This document shows, one piece after another, positions 54,000-64,000 of a stretch of DNA of 64,000 nucleotides; positions within the stretch are counted from its first letter, which is position 1, and every line of letters starts with the position of its first letter. The position numbers were made by a program, and so were the translations under genes. This stretch comes from Octopus vulgaris (Eukaryota). Location of the stretch: the NCBI GenBank assembly GCA_951406725.2, contig OX597817.1, positions 18,662,001 through 18,726,000 of the forward strand, written 5' to 3'. The notes under the pieces were generated by a model that was given only the letters and a program-made list of their open reading frames with translations, ran no database searches and was not told the origin of the DNA.

Positions 54000-56210
54000 A
54001 GACCTCCGCAAGTCTGCAATTCTATGCAAAGGATGCCTGCTGGCTTGGAAACATTGGGACAGGCTATGGATTCGCTCATCTCAAATCCGATGTGAGCATT
54101 ACTCGTTTCAAGGCCAGGAGCAAGAACACGACCATATCACAAACTACAATTTCTCCACTATGGAAAGATGTGGACCGTGCACACTGCTCATAAGAGGAAA
54201 GAAAGTGTGGATGTAGTGCCGACAGCCACTGTTGAACAACGGTTCATTTTGAAATGGCACAGAGGGTAGTTAGGTAGCTGACCTGGCTTCATCAGACATT
54301 GAATTTGAGGTTCATGTACTAGCACTCAAGACCACCTCAAACAACAAAAGATCCAAGGTGATCTCAGCATATGTCAGATCAATGGCCACTACCAACATGT
54401 TATATATCATACCAGTGTTCCTGTTGAACATAAAGGGCCTTGTAAGACCCACAAACGCAAAACCCGATACCTGAGACACACAAATAACGTGGCGCTGACC
54501 CATAATGTTAAAATGACACCAACGATTCTGTTGGGTCATAACTTGATAGGACTAACAATGTAAGGTCTGCAGAAAACTGCATACATGCAGGCTACTAGAA
54601 GCACCCAATTCCTCACCAGCCAGAACTTTCACAAAGCTGACTTGAAGGGTAGTGAGAAAGAGGTCATGGAACAAAACTGGTCTACCAGTCTCTCTGCCTA
54701 ATATATTGACATAAAGCTACTGCACTTTATGATAATCATGCATGACATATGCAATAAGTTTGCTCCAGAGAGAATACCAAACCAACAAAAAATATAATTC
54801 CAAATGATAGGAGGATTCTAATGAGATGACGAGTAAAAACATCAATCCATCTAAATGGGCCACAAAAGAATAGCAAGGGATCCTATTTCAAACAAACAAT
54901 GCTCGAGATCGAAAGTGAATTCAAATACTCACGTGAAAAGGAGAGCGCAAAGAAAAAAAGACAGGGTTGTCATATTATAAGACGAATTATAAAGCCTTTA
55001 ATAAAGTTGCAAAAGAGTCTGCTTCAGTATAGTACAAGATAGGGCCACTGCTCGAAGAAAATCGTTCACCGACTGCAGACCCCACGGAGGATAAGTGAAA
55101 TACTGAATGTGCAATACAAGAGTGCTTTTAAAACTCCATTGGGATATTTGCAAGTAGCTATGCCTGATGATTTCTACACGAAGAGATCACAATTATTGGT
55201 AACGAAATGGAGGAAACTGATGTAATATCAGCCATTGATGAGATGAGCTCAAACTCAGCCAAAGGCGCTCATGGATTCCCGGCAATCCCTCTGAAGAAAT
55301 GAAAAGGGACTCTAGCAAGACCACTCCATATTCTCTTTCAGAGCTATCTTGCAACTGGAAGACTTCCCAACAAGTTATAGAAAGGCATAATATGTCCTAT
55401 TCATAATGCAGTTAGCAGAGAACATGCTAAAATTATAAACCTGTCTCTCTAGTGTTCCATGTCAGCAAAGCCATGGAGCGCATTGTCAGGAGAAAACTGA
55501 TCGCATTCCATGAACATAATGAATTACTCCCAAACCCAGCATATTTTCCTATCAGGAAGAAGCTACATTGCACAGCTTTAGCAGCATTATGACTAATGTT
55601 AAACAATTACTGAAGCTCTCAAACGTGGACGTAATATAAACTGGTTCTATGGAGGACTGTTGTACTCAGCCGTCTGAACTACTGTTCTCAACTGTGGTCA
55701 TCCTGCAGTGTCATATTATATAATAGCGGAACTTGAGGCAGCCCAGCGGTGTTCCTCCAGGAAGATTGCATCAATGAAATAGCTGAGCTATTGGGAGGGA
55801 CTGAAATAGATACGATTCTATCCATTGAAGCGAAGACGGGAAAGGTATACAGTGATATACGTATGGGAGATTCTGGGGGGCCTGGCATCAAACTTTGATA
55901 TTGAGAGCCATACTAGCCCTCGAACTGGACATCAATGCACTGTTCCAGAGGTCCCAGCTATCCTGTCTAGAATGAGGAGCATGTACTGAAATAGCTTGCG
56001 GTTCAATGGTGCACTGATATTTAACGCCTTGCCTATACATCTGAGGTATCTTTATGGAGTATAGGCAGATGCTTTCAAGAAGCAACTTGAGCTCCTACTA
56101 ATCAAGATCCCAGATGAACCTATGTAAAAGTAGGAAACTCAAAAGAAGGCTGCAACGTCGAATTCCCTCCTTCAACAAAAGCCAGTCACATAAGACTGAC
56201 CACTGAAAAG
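54000..56210 (+). mobile_element. CR1-clade LINE relic with internal deletion of the RT core
   Basis: SNSAKGAHGFPAIPLKK, GIICPIH..KNYKPVSL..SKAMERIV, SNVDVI, joined at about 55640 to LSRLNYCSQLW..ELEAAQR..LSYWEGLK..RRRERY..WEILGGL; left boundary uncertain. Confidence 0.85.
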
Positions 56211-56370
56211 ATGATTACACTGGTGGTGTTCCAAGCATGACCACCACCTAAGGGATGAAACGTATAAAAGAAAGAATTAAAAAACTAATATATATATCGT
56301 TTGTAGAAAACAAAAATCCAGACAATAAGAATAAGCACGCTCTAAGATGCAGAGCAGTTTATATTTTAAT

Positions 56371-56558
56371 GGGAAAGGTCGGTTTACTCTGGGTTTCCGG
56401 TCTATAAAGGGTTTAGTTTATAGAGTATAGTCAGATCTCAAAATCTGTTGAAGTTAGACCTCTTAGGCCAACATGTTTTGGGATCTAATGATGCACCATA
56501 AGGCGAAAACCTTTACAGACGGGAAACCCAGGGTGACCCCATAAACCGGCCTCCCCCC

Positions 56559-56560
<2 letters not shown>
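56371..56560. mobile_element. MITE with about 50-bp imperfect TIRs
   Basis: gggaaaggtcggttta-ctctgggtttccggtctataaagg versus reverse complement of cctttacagacgggaaacccagggtgaccccataaaccggcctccccc. Confidence 0.7.
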
Positions 56561-56599
<39 letters not shown>

Positions 56600-56602
<3 letters not shown>

Positions 56603-56785
56603 TTATTCATTCACTTGTTTCAGTCATTTGACAGTGGCCATGCTGGAGCACCTCATAGAGTCGAACAAATCGACCCCAAGACTTAATATTTCTAAGCATA
56701 GCACTTATTCTATCGCGGTCTTTTGCTGAAGCGCTAAGTTACGTGGGCGTAAATACACTAACAGCGAGAGTGGGTGGACCAAACA
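56600..56785 (-). mobile_element. SINE family A 3' half
   Basis: cttgtttcagtcatttgacagtggccatgctggagcacc...aaatcgacccc. Confidence 0.85.
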
Positions 56786-56841
56786 TATAGATATATATGT
56801 GTATGTATATATATATATATATATACATGTATATATATATG

Positions 56842-56917
<76 letters not shown>

Positions 56918-57558
56918 ATGGGTTGAAAGGAAGCAATACTAATGCTGAAGGTGAGCGGAGGAAGCCTCGGCCAACCAAACCTCTAATAGGCAAGCCATCA
57001 ATAACCAAATAACCAAATAGTTGTTATCTCTGCTATTTCGTTATAAAAGGAAATCGGAGCTTGCTGGTTGGTGTTACTTCCAGAATAGACAGCTACGATA
57101 TTTCGATTAAACGATAAGATCCGCATTGTGTATTAAATGCTACAAAACGACAATTTCTGGTTAATTACATATTGTATTGTGTTGTATAGTTGAAAACTCA
57201 GAGGAATGAAAACTGCCAACAGAATTATTATTAACATCCTATTCGTTTGGCATTGTTTCAGCGGGAAACAGCATATGTCGTTAGTGAAAAGAACGTCTGG
57301 GTGATGAAATATGTTAAGTGTAGGAAAGCGTATTGAATTGTATTGAGGATCAATGACGAAACATAAGTGGCAATACACACACTGCACACAGATAGAGGGC
57401 GAAAACAGAGACACGCGTATATGTACATAAACGTAGTAACATACGAAACACAACCGCTTTTATTCTTCTCTCTCTCAAAATCAATTACAAAGTTGTACAT
57501 ATACATACATACGTATATCTATATCTATATATAAATGTATGTGTAATTACATATATAC

Positions 57559-57622
<64 letters not shown>

Positions 57623-57843
57623 GTATATATATCAATAATAAATAGTGGCACAACAAGGTACCAATTTTCGCTGGAAATAACAGTTGACAACCGTTCGATG
57701 CTAGATAACGATTCACTGAATGTGTAGAAACAAATATGTGTGCGGGTAGCGAAAAGATGGTACTTTGCTGTGTCACTATTTCCTATTTATAATTCTACCT
57801 TCACGGTGCTTTATTTAGCTCGAAAATGATATTGTAATAATAT

Positions 57844-57882
<39 letters not shown>

Positions 57883-57892
<10 letters not shown>

Positions 57893-58302
57893 TCTGTTAT
57901 ATCAAACCTCTGAGCGAAATATAGCTAGTAGCAGTAAGGAACCATAATATATTTGCCAACCAGGTTTGGCATCCTATGCAGGACAGTGCTACTGATGTTT
58001 ATAGCGTGAGGAAGACATCTCCTCCAGCTGGTTAACGACACACATTCTGTGTCCGATTAGTATTTGTGAGGGGAGGTCATGGCACTCATCTCTAGCCTCA
58101 CGCGACACACACAGACTCGAGTTTCTAGATGGTTACCCGTCCTCAGCGTGTGTTAATCACCAACTAGTGATGGAAGCTCATTCCACTCACAAATTACTCT
58201 ATATTTTTGAAACTATTCGCTGATCTCGTAGAAGAGAGAGAGAATGTTATATTAAATCTTTGAATGAGATATAAAGAGTAGCAGTACGGAACCGTAACAT
58301 GT
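57883..58302 (-). mobile_element. Hammerhead-bearing non-coding retroelement, copy 2 (about 1.2 units of a 350-bp monomer)
   Basis: Homologous to copy 1 (tgctactg..ctcctccagctggtta..gacacac..ttctgtg..agtatttgtga); about 68-bp imperfect direct repeat at 57883 and 58233. Confidence 0.8.
58107..58153 (-). ncRNA. Type I hammerhead ribozyme motif, slightly decayed
   Basis: acacacg-CUGAGGA-cgggu-aacc-aucua-GAAA-cucgag-UC-ugugugu; weak stem II. Confidence 0.75.
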
Positions 58303-58869
58303 CAAACATCCAGTCAACATCATAGTGTTTGGAGGGATCATCAGTGACGCTTCCATTCATCTTCCCACACGACCTCAGACTCAACACGAAGGCCTTACAT
58401 CAAGTGTTTGAAGGACGTAGTGCTGCTCTGGGTCAAGGGGGTGACTGCTGGAAGATTCTATGTTTACCAACAGGACTCTGCACCATGTCACACAAGCAGG
58501 AGAACCCAGTCATGACAGTCAGACAATTTCTGTGACCACATCATCACCCCTAACATCTGACCACCTAACTCCTCAGACTGCAAACCCCTTGATTATTATC
58601 TGTTGGGCGCAGTTATGTAAGAGATCATCAAAACTCCTAGTAACACCAAAGATGATCTGAAGGCACGGATTATGGCAACATTCACCAACTTAAACCAGGA
58701 GACCGTTCAGAAGAGTTGCAGCATGTTCCGAAGTTGCCTGGAGGTTGTCTTTGAAGCCAATGGCGATTTTATTGAATAAATTTACTCTTTAGTTTTTCAA
58801 GATATTTTAAATGTAATTTTGGTAAATATATCTGTTAAAATGAGATGTCAGTGTTACCGAACCCTGTAT
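58303..58869 (+). mobile_element. DD37D (maT-type) transposon 3' relic
   Basis: HPVNIIVFG, YQQDSAPCHTSRRTQS, PNI*PPNSSDC.PLDYY, ANGDFIE*; ends ccctg-TA. Confidence 0.9.
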
Positions 58870-60321
58870 TTACATATATATATATGCGTGTGTGTGTTTG
58901 TGTTTTTGTGTGCATATGTATGTGTATACATACACCGAATAATATGAACACTGCAAGTAAGTACGAGAAATAGATAGATAAATAGAGAATGCGTGTTTGT
59001 GTGTGACACTGTACTAAACACACTGTACTGATTAATTCCATTCTGTACTGATTTGAAAGACTATCAAATCTCTCTTTAGTGTTTATTTCTACGTTGTGTT
59101 GAAAATTATAGTTCTTACACAATAATTTTGCTGTTGATCCAATGCAATTTTTCTGTTTTCGCTTTATTTCTACGAAAGTGTCTTGAACCATGCATACACA
59201 CACGCACACACACACACACACACACACATATACGCACACATCTATAGATGCATATTACTGTATGTGTGTGTGTATGTAAACCGATGTAAATGTCATACAA
59301 ATTTGTCAAATGAACACCCTAATCGATTTTCGATGGTCATTGGGGTCTCATCAGAAGTGACTACATCGCCTGAACAATCCTAGAGGAACCTTATCCAATC
59401 CGTTTATATACACATCGAATCCAGTAGCTTCAGAGAAATGGAACAACTAATTTGCATACTACAGGCGTATCAAATATCCCCTGGGTTTTGTTCCCTACTT
59501 ACATTATATTCACGAACGCCGTACTTACTATCACTTCAACCAACACCTACTCGTACACAAATGATAACACCCATAATCTCAAGCCCTTTGCTCATAGATA
59601 TCATCTACACGAAACCGAAATACTTCATTCCAAACTTGCACTAAACCCATGATTCAATCACAGCACATACCACGAAAACATATTTGCAACTTAACTTTTT
59701 AAACATCAAAAGCACTTAACTAGAAGCCTCTCAATTACGTTAATTCATATTACAAACATCATTGAGATTCTAGCAAAAACACTTATACAACAGACCAAAA
59801 CATAATCCGTATTCAAACATTTTGCTCCAAAACCAGAAAATATTCCGCAAGGAATACAACACCCGTCCTGGGGAAAGTGTAACTGTTACGCACTCAACAT
59901 TATAGACCATCTCAACAGACTAAGTATTCAATTCACTGGCATGACGCTGCTCACAAACACACGCCAACGACTGGGCCATAAGCGGGTTGCGTCATTCTAC
60001 TTATTTTTCTACTGCTGCTGCCATATTTTCTGCATGTCGAGGCAGTCTTCATTCGTGTCTATATGTCTTTCCCCTTTTCGTCCTTCTTGACACTCTATTT
60101 TGCACCTTACTGTGGCTCTTCCTTCATAAGGTATCAAATTCCTTCCTACCTTACAGAGATTTTCCTTTGCAGAGGCGTCTACTGGTCTTGGAGTACGTAT
60201 AAATGGTATGGGCATAACATCTTTCCTTCATAATCTATAATCATACATGCACGTTTACAGGTACACACATATGTATGTATGTATATATGCGCGCGTGTGT
60301 TTGTATATATATTTATATATA

Positions 60322-60410
60322 TTTCTATTCCTGAGCGTTATACTAATACATCTATTTGTTTTGTACACCACCTATCTTCGTCTTTTGTTTTTCTCGTAAA
60401 CTCTCCCTAT
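60322..60410 (+). repeat. Fragment of the 16351-16535 repeat family in opposite orientation
   Basis: ttcctgagcgttatactaatacatctatttgttttgtacaccacc closely matches the reverse complement of about 16390-16432. Confidence 0.8.
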
Positions 60411-60443
60411 ATATACATATATATGTATATATATATGTATATA

Positions 60444-60526
<83 letters not shown>

Positions 60527-61199
60527 TTATGATATACAGAGGACTTAAGTGTAGCTACTATAATTCTGATAGTATGGAACTGACGAGATTGTATATCAAG
60601 CAAACTTTTAGGATTAAAACACAGAAAAAGAGGGAAAGAACGAGATAAGAAATTAGATACAAACGAGAAGACAGTATGGCGATAGGGGCTGTTGAAGTTG
60701 TGTCCCCTTTATCTGGAAGAATTGGAAATAACAATAGTTGAGGTAATTAATTCAACGAAGAATGGTTAAAGCGACACTCCATGCTTAATACAGAGAGAGA
60801 GTGATGTTTTTCAGTCTCGCAATAGAAACTTATTCAGATGCTTTCGTTTTAATAAAAATCTCGGATCAAGAATTCATTCGGTCTGTGGAGTTTTTAAATG
60901 TCCTCGATCGTTCTACGTTTCTCTACTTTATGGTGTCTAGAGTGTTGTTGACCTTCACGCTTTCGCGAAATGTTTAAGTAAGAATCGCGTGTTAGGCTCG
61001 GAAAGTAATTTTTCTTTTACCAACGTTACTGTCACAAAAACATTAGATGTGTGAAACCTTTTTGCCAAAGTTCATGCAGCAGAAACAAAGCAGCATTGAG
61101 TTGCATACACTTGAATAAGAGCGCAACTGTCAAGTCCTACATTGAAATAAACGGTTATAGGTCTTTTTGAAGCATCTGACTATGTTATATACTCTAAAG

Positions 61200-62480
61200 A
61201 ATCATCTAATAATCAACTTACTCATAATAGCTTGAAACATACTGGAAGAAATTAGTAATATTGTTATTATTCTCAAAAGAAGCACCCTTTCGGTATCCAC
61301 AATGTACACTGCAAATCAACAAGTGGTGCCCATGGATTTAATTCTAGGTACTCCCATGTAACCGAATACAGAACATACTGCAACAACGACAAAATTATAT
61401 ACATCAAGTTTGTTGAGCTTGTACTGCTTGTAAAGGTCAAATTGGAATATGCTATGAAAGTAATGGAAATATCAACAAAATAGCTCTGTACTAAACGTCA
61501 ATATCCCGAATAGTATAAAATGATTCCACTTCTAGCAATAAAATGATTCCACTTCTAGACATAAACATTCAGATAGAAAATGATACATCGCATCCGTTTA
61601 CATCAAAAACACGCATAAATGCATAAACTTACGTGAAAGCATCGGATTTCCCTATAGATACAAAATGTCAGTTGTAAAATCACTTCTTTGAAAAGCATAC
61701 GGATTATGCCGTTAACAAAGTGCTAAACAAATAAATCTACAGAATAAAACACATTAATCAACATCGGGTATTCTATGAAACTGATAGGGTAAGCCGTAGA
61801 ACAATACAAGACGATATACAACACAATAATAAATTATACACTTCAATTAGATACACACAAACAAAACATGTGTATTGCATGAATCAAACACATACTAACT
61901 ACAATACAGTTGAATATATTATCCAAAGCTCTATAAAACTCAGCATAGAATGCTTACACCATGCCATAAATATACCACAAAAACACTAAAATTAAAAGAT
62001 AAAGTCACAATAACAGATGATAAGCATGTAAAGCCATGAACAAGCCACTAATGTCTAAAGTGATTTGTAAAATATATTGCATACTTGAATTTGCAATTCA
62101 CCAATTCAATGGATCTAGTGGGCATGCAAGTTACAAGAGCGGTAATTTTCTGTCGGATGAACATGCACTTACAGCAAGGAGATTTTTCTGTATATATAAT
62201 ACTACTCAGCCAAAAACCGAACTAAATAGGAACATTGTAGAGAAAACACATCTGTACTTATGGAATTATTCGTAAAAATGCAAGATTAATGATGGAAGCA
62301 ACACTCATGACATGGTGCAATGTTAAACGAAACACAGAGATAAAATCGTAAAAGCAAATATAAACATCTCATGGATTGATCATCAATCGAACGTTCAAAA
62401 ATGAATCTCCCCGCGAAAATATCTACACCACTGGCATAGGGTCAACTTACTATAAAGATGTAATAACACACGTCAGTATC
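61200..62480 (+). mobile_element. Decayed Penelope-like RT plus GIY-YIG relic
   Basis: IPLLDINI (LPFLD-like) then SVYIKNT (SVYRKPT-like), upstream Q..VVPM remnant, downstream SKVICKIYC; many stops. Confidence 0.45.
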
Positions 62481-62930
62481 ACTTCATCCTTATATATTGT
62501 ATTCGAATTTTGTGTTACAAGCAGCTCAATCTCAATAATGTGAGCATTATCAATATCATGTATTTAACGTATGCATGTTCACGTTGCTTTTTAAATAAAC
62601 TTCGAATTTCGGTTCACTTGTGCGACGCTTTTGCACTTCAGTAGATAATTCTTACACTATTGGGTATACTTACTTCTCGGTGGCTATTGCGATTTGTTCC
62701 GGAAGTGGAGGAGTATGTGACTGGTGAGCAGATATAACCGCGCACTATCGGTATCTGCGCACTCGTTCACTCACACAGCGATTTCGTTTTGACTATCTTT
62801 GAAGCATGGTGCGCTTCTTAACACTATACGTCTTTAAACAGACATCTTTAAACGGATCTCCCTTAGAAGAAATACTTAGGGTTTGTATCGTTTAACAACA
62901 CACATACATTAAGTCTGTGATATTGATAAC

Positions 62931-62967
<37 letters not shown>

Positions 62968-62969
<2 letters not shown>

Positions 62970-63075
62970 CAACAAACAGGTGCATAGGTTTAACGTTTTG
63001 GAAAGTGAGAAAGTATTTTACGTTTCAAGCCTACGCTCTTCAACAGACAGGAACACGAGAAAATAAATAGATAGA
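62968..63075 (-). repeat. Copy of the 16351 repeat with decayed hammerhead-like motif
   Basis: ttttacgtttcaagcctacgctcttcaacaga matches about 16444-16475. Confidence 0.7.
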
Positions 63076-63319
63076 GAATAAACATTATCGATATCATAGA
63101 CTTAGCTTATGTGTGTTGTTAAACGATACAAAGCCTCAGTATTTCTCTCTCTCCTGTATCTTTTCTCTTAAAAAAGGCAAAACAAAACTGTGTCCCACAG
63201 TTCAGTATTTTCCTCTCGTTCTCGTTAAACGACCTTCTATGTGTGTTTTCGTTTGGTTTCCTTGTATATTTCCACTGTCATTTTTTGTTCCCAACTTTGA
63301 CCCTCCATAAATTCTAAAT

Positions 63320-63531
63320 TTTATTTTAGAATTAATGGGAGCAATTGTGTTTGAGGACTCACATTGTCGTTGGATACTCGAAATGAGGAGTAGATAGGAT
63401 CCTTTCTCTGCGTTAACTTGTCCTGTTTTCCATTTTTCTCGTTGCTTATGTATTTCTCTCGTTTTTTTCCTCGTTTGGTTACGTATTTCATGTTATTTAC
63501 ACCGATGATGACATCCTGTACCCATATATCC

Positions 63532-63569
<38 letters not shown>

Positions 63570-63760
63570 CAGAATTTATGGGAGTAACTGTCTCTGAAGA
63601 GTCATATTTCCATTGAGTGCTCGAAAACAGGAGTAGATAGACAGCCGACAATTGATGAAGGGTCCTTTCTATGTTAACTTGTCCTGTTTTCCATTTTTCT
63701 CGTTGTTTATGTATGTCATTCGTTTTTACCTCGTTTGTTCACGTATTTCATGCTATTTGA
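63320..63760 (+). repeat. Tandem dimer of a non-coding repeat with hammerhead-like core
   Basis: agaatt.atgggag..ctcgaaa..aggagtagatag..gttaacttgtcctgttttccatttttctcgttg repeated at about 63328 and 63571. Confidence 0.8.
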
Positions 63761-63880
63761 TAAATAATATATTGTTTTCTGCAAATATTCATTGGGTTCT
63801 CTTTGGCTTCACGTTGCTCAATTAAAGTCGTACACATATATATGCTTACGTGTGTGTGTATATGCGTGCAGGTTATATGA

Positions 63881-64000
63881 AGGCACGTTGCTAAAGGGTT
63901 AGGATATTCGGCTCACAATCGTGAGTTCAATATCTGGCGTTGTTTTGTGTCCTTGAGCATTTTATTTCACGTTGCTGCAGTCGACTCAGCTTGCAAAAAT
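63881..64000 (+). mobile_element. tRNA-derived SINE head, runs off window end
   Basis: ggcacgttgctaaagggttaggatattcggctcacaatcgtgagttcaat..gtgtccttgagca..tttcacgttgct. Confidence 0.65.

Noticed and set aside
59400-60800. Possible Penelope RT (TPIISS) and R4 3' (IGAV) remnants
   Set aside because: Weak similarity that cannot be verified by eye

Overview
AT-rich, non-coding animal DNA made of (TA)n/(TG)n/(AAT)n/(CATA)n microsatellites and decayed transposons. The SINE and LINE repertoire resembles what I recall from octopus genomes (inference, no search run). I found no intact host protein-coding exon, tRNA or rRNA; most ORF-track entries are microsatellite artefacts. Recognisable content: mariner, Tc1 and three DD37D (maT) transposase relics; R4/Dong-clade (RLE) LINE relics next to simple repeats; an internally deleted CR1-clade LINE; Penelope-like fragments; at least four SINE families; a non-autonomous Helitron; a MITE; and a ~75-bp minisatellite. 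The most interesting signal is a set of hammerhead-ribozyme motifs. Two copies (50.0-50.4 kb, 57.9-58.3 kb) of a ~350-bp non-coding element carry a type I hammerhead inside a larger hairpin. One has a 12-bp target-site duplication and a 5' inversion, the other a 350-bp terminal redundancy, so this is a candidate retrozyme/Penelope-mobilised ribozyme family. Further minimal hammerheads occur in other small repeats, two with a compensatory U3-A8 core. Coordinates of decayed elements are approximate.
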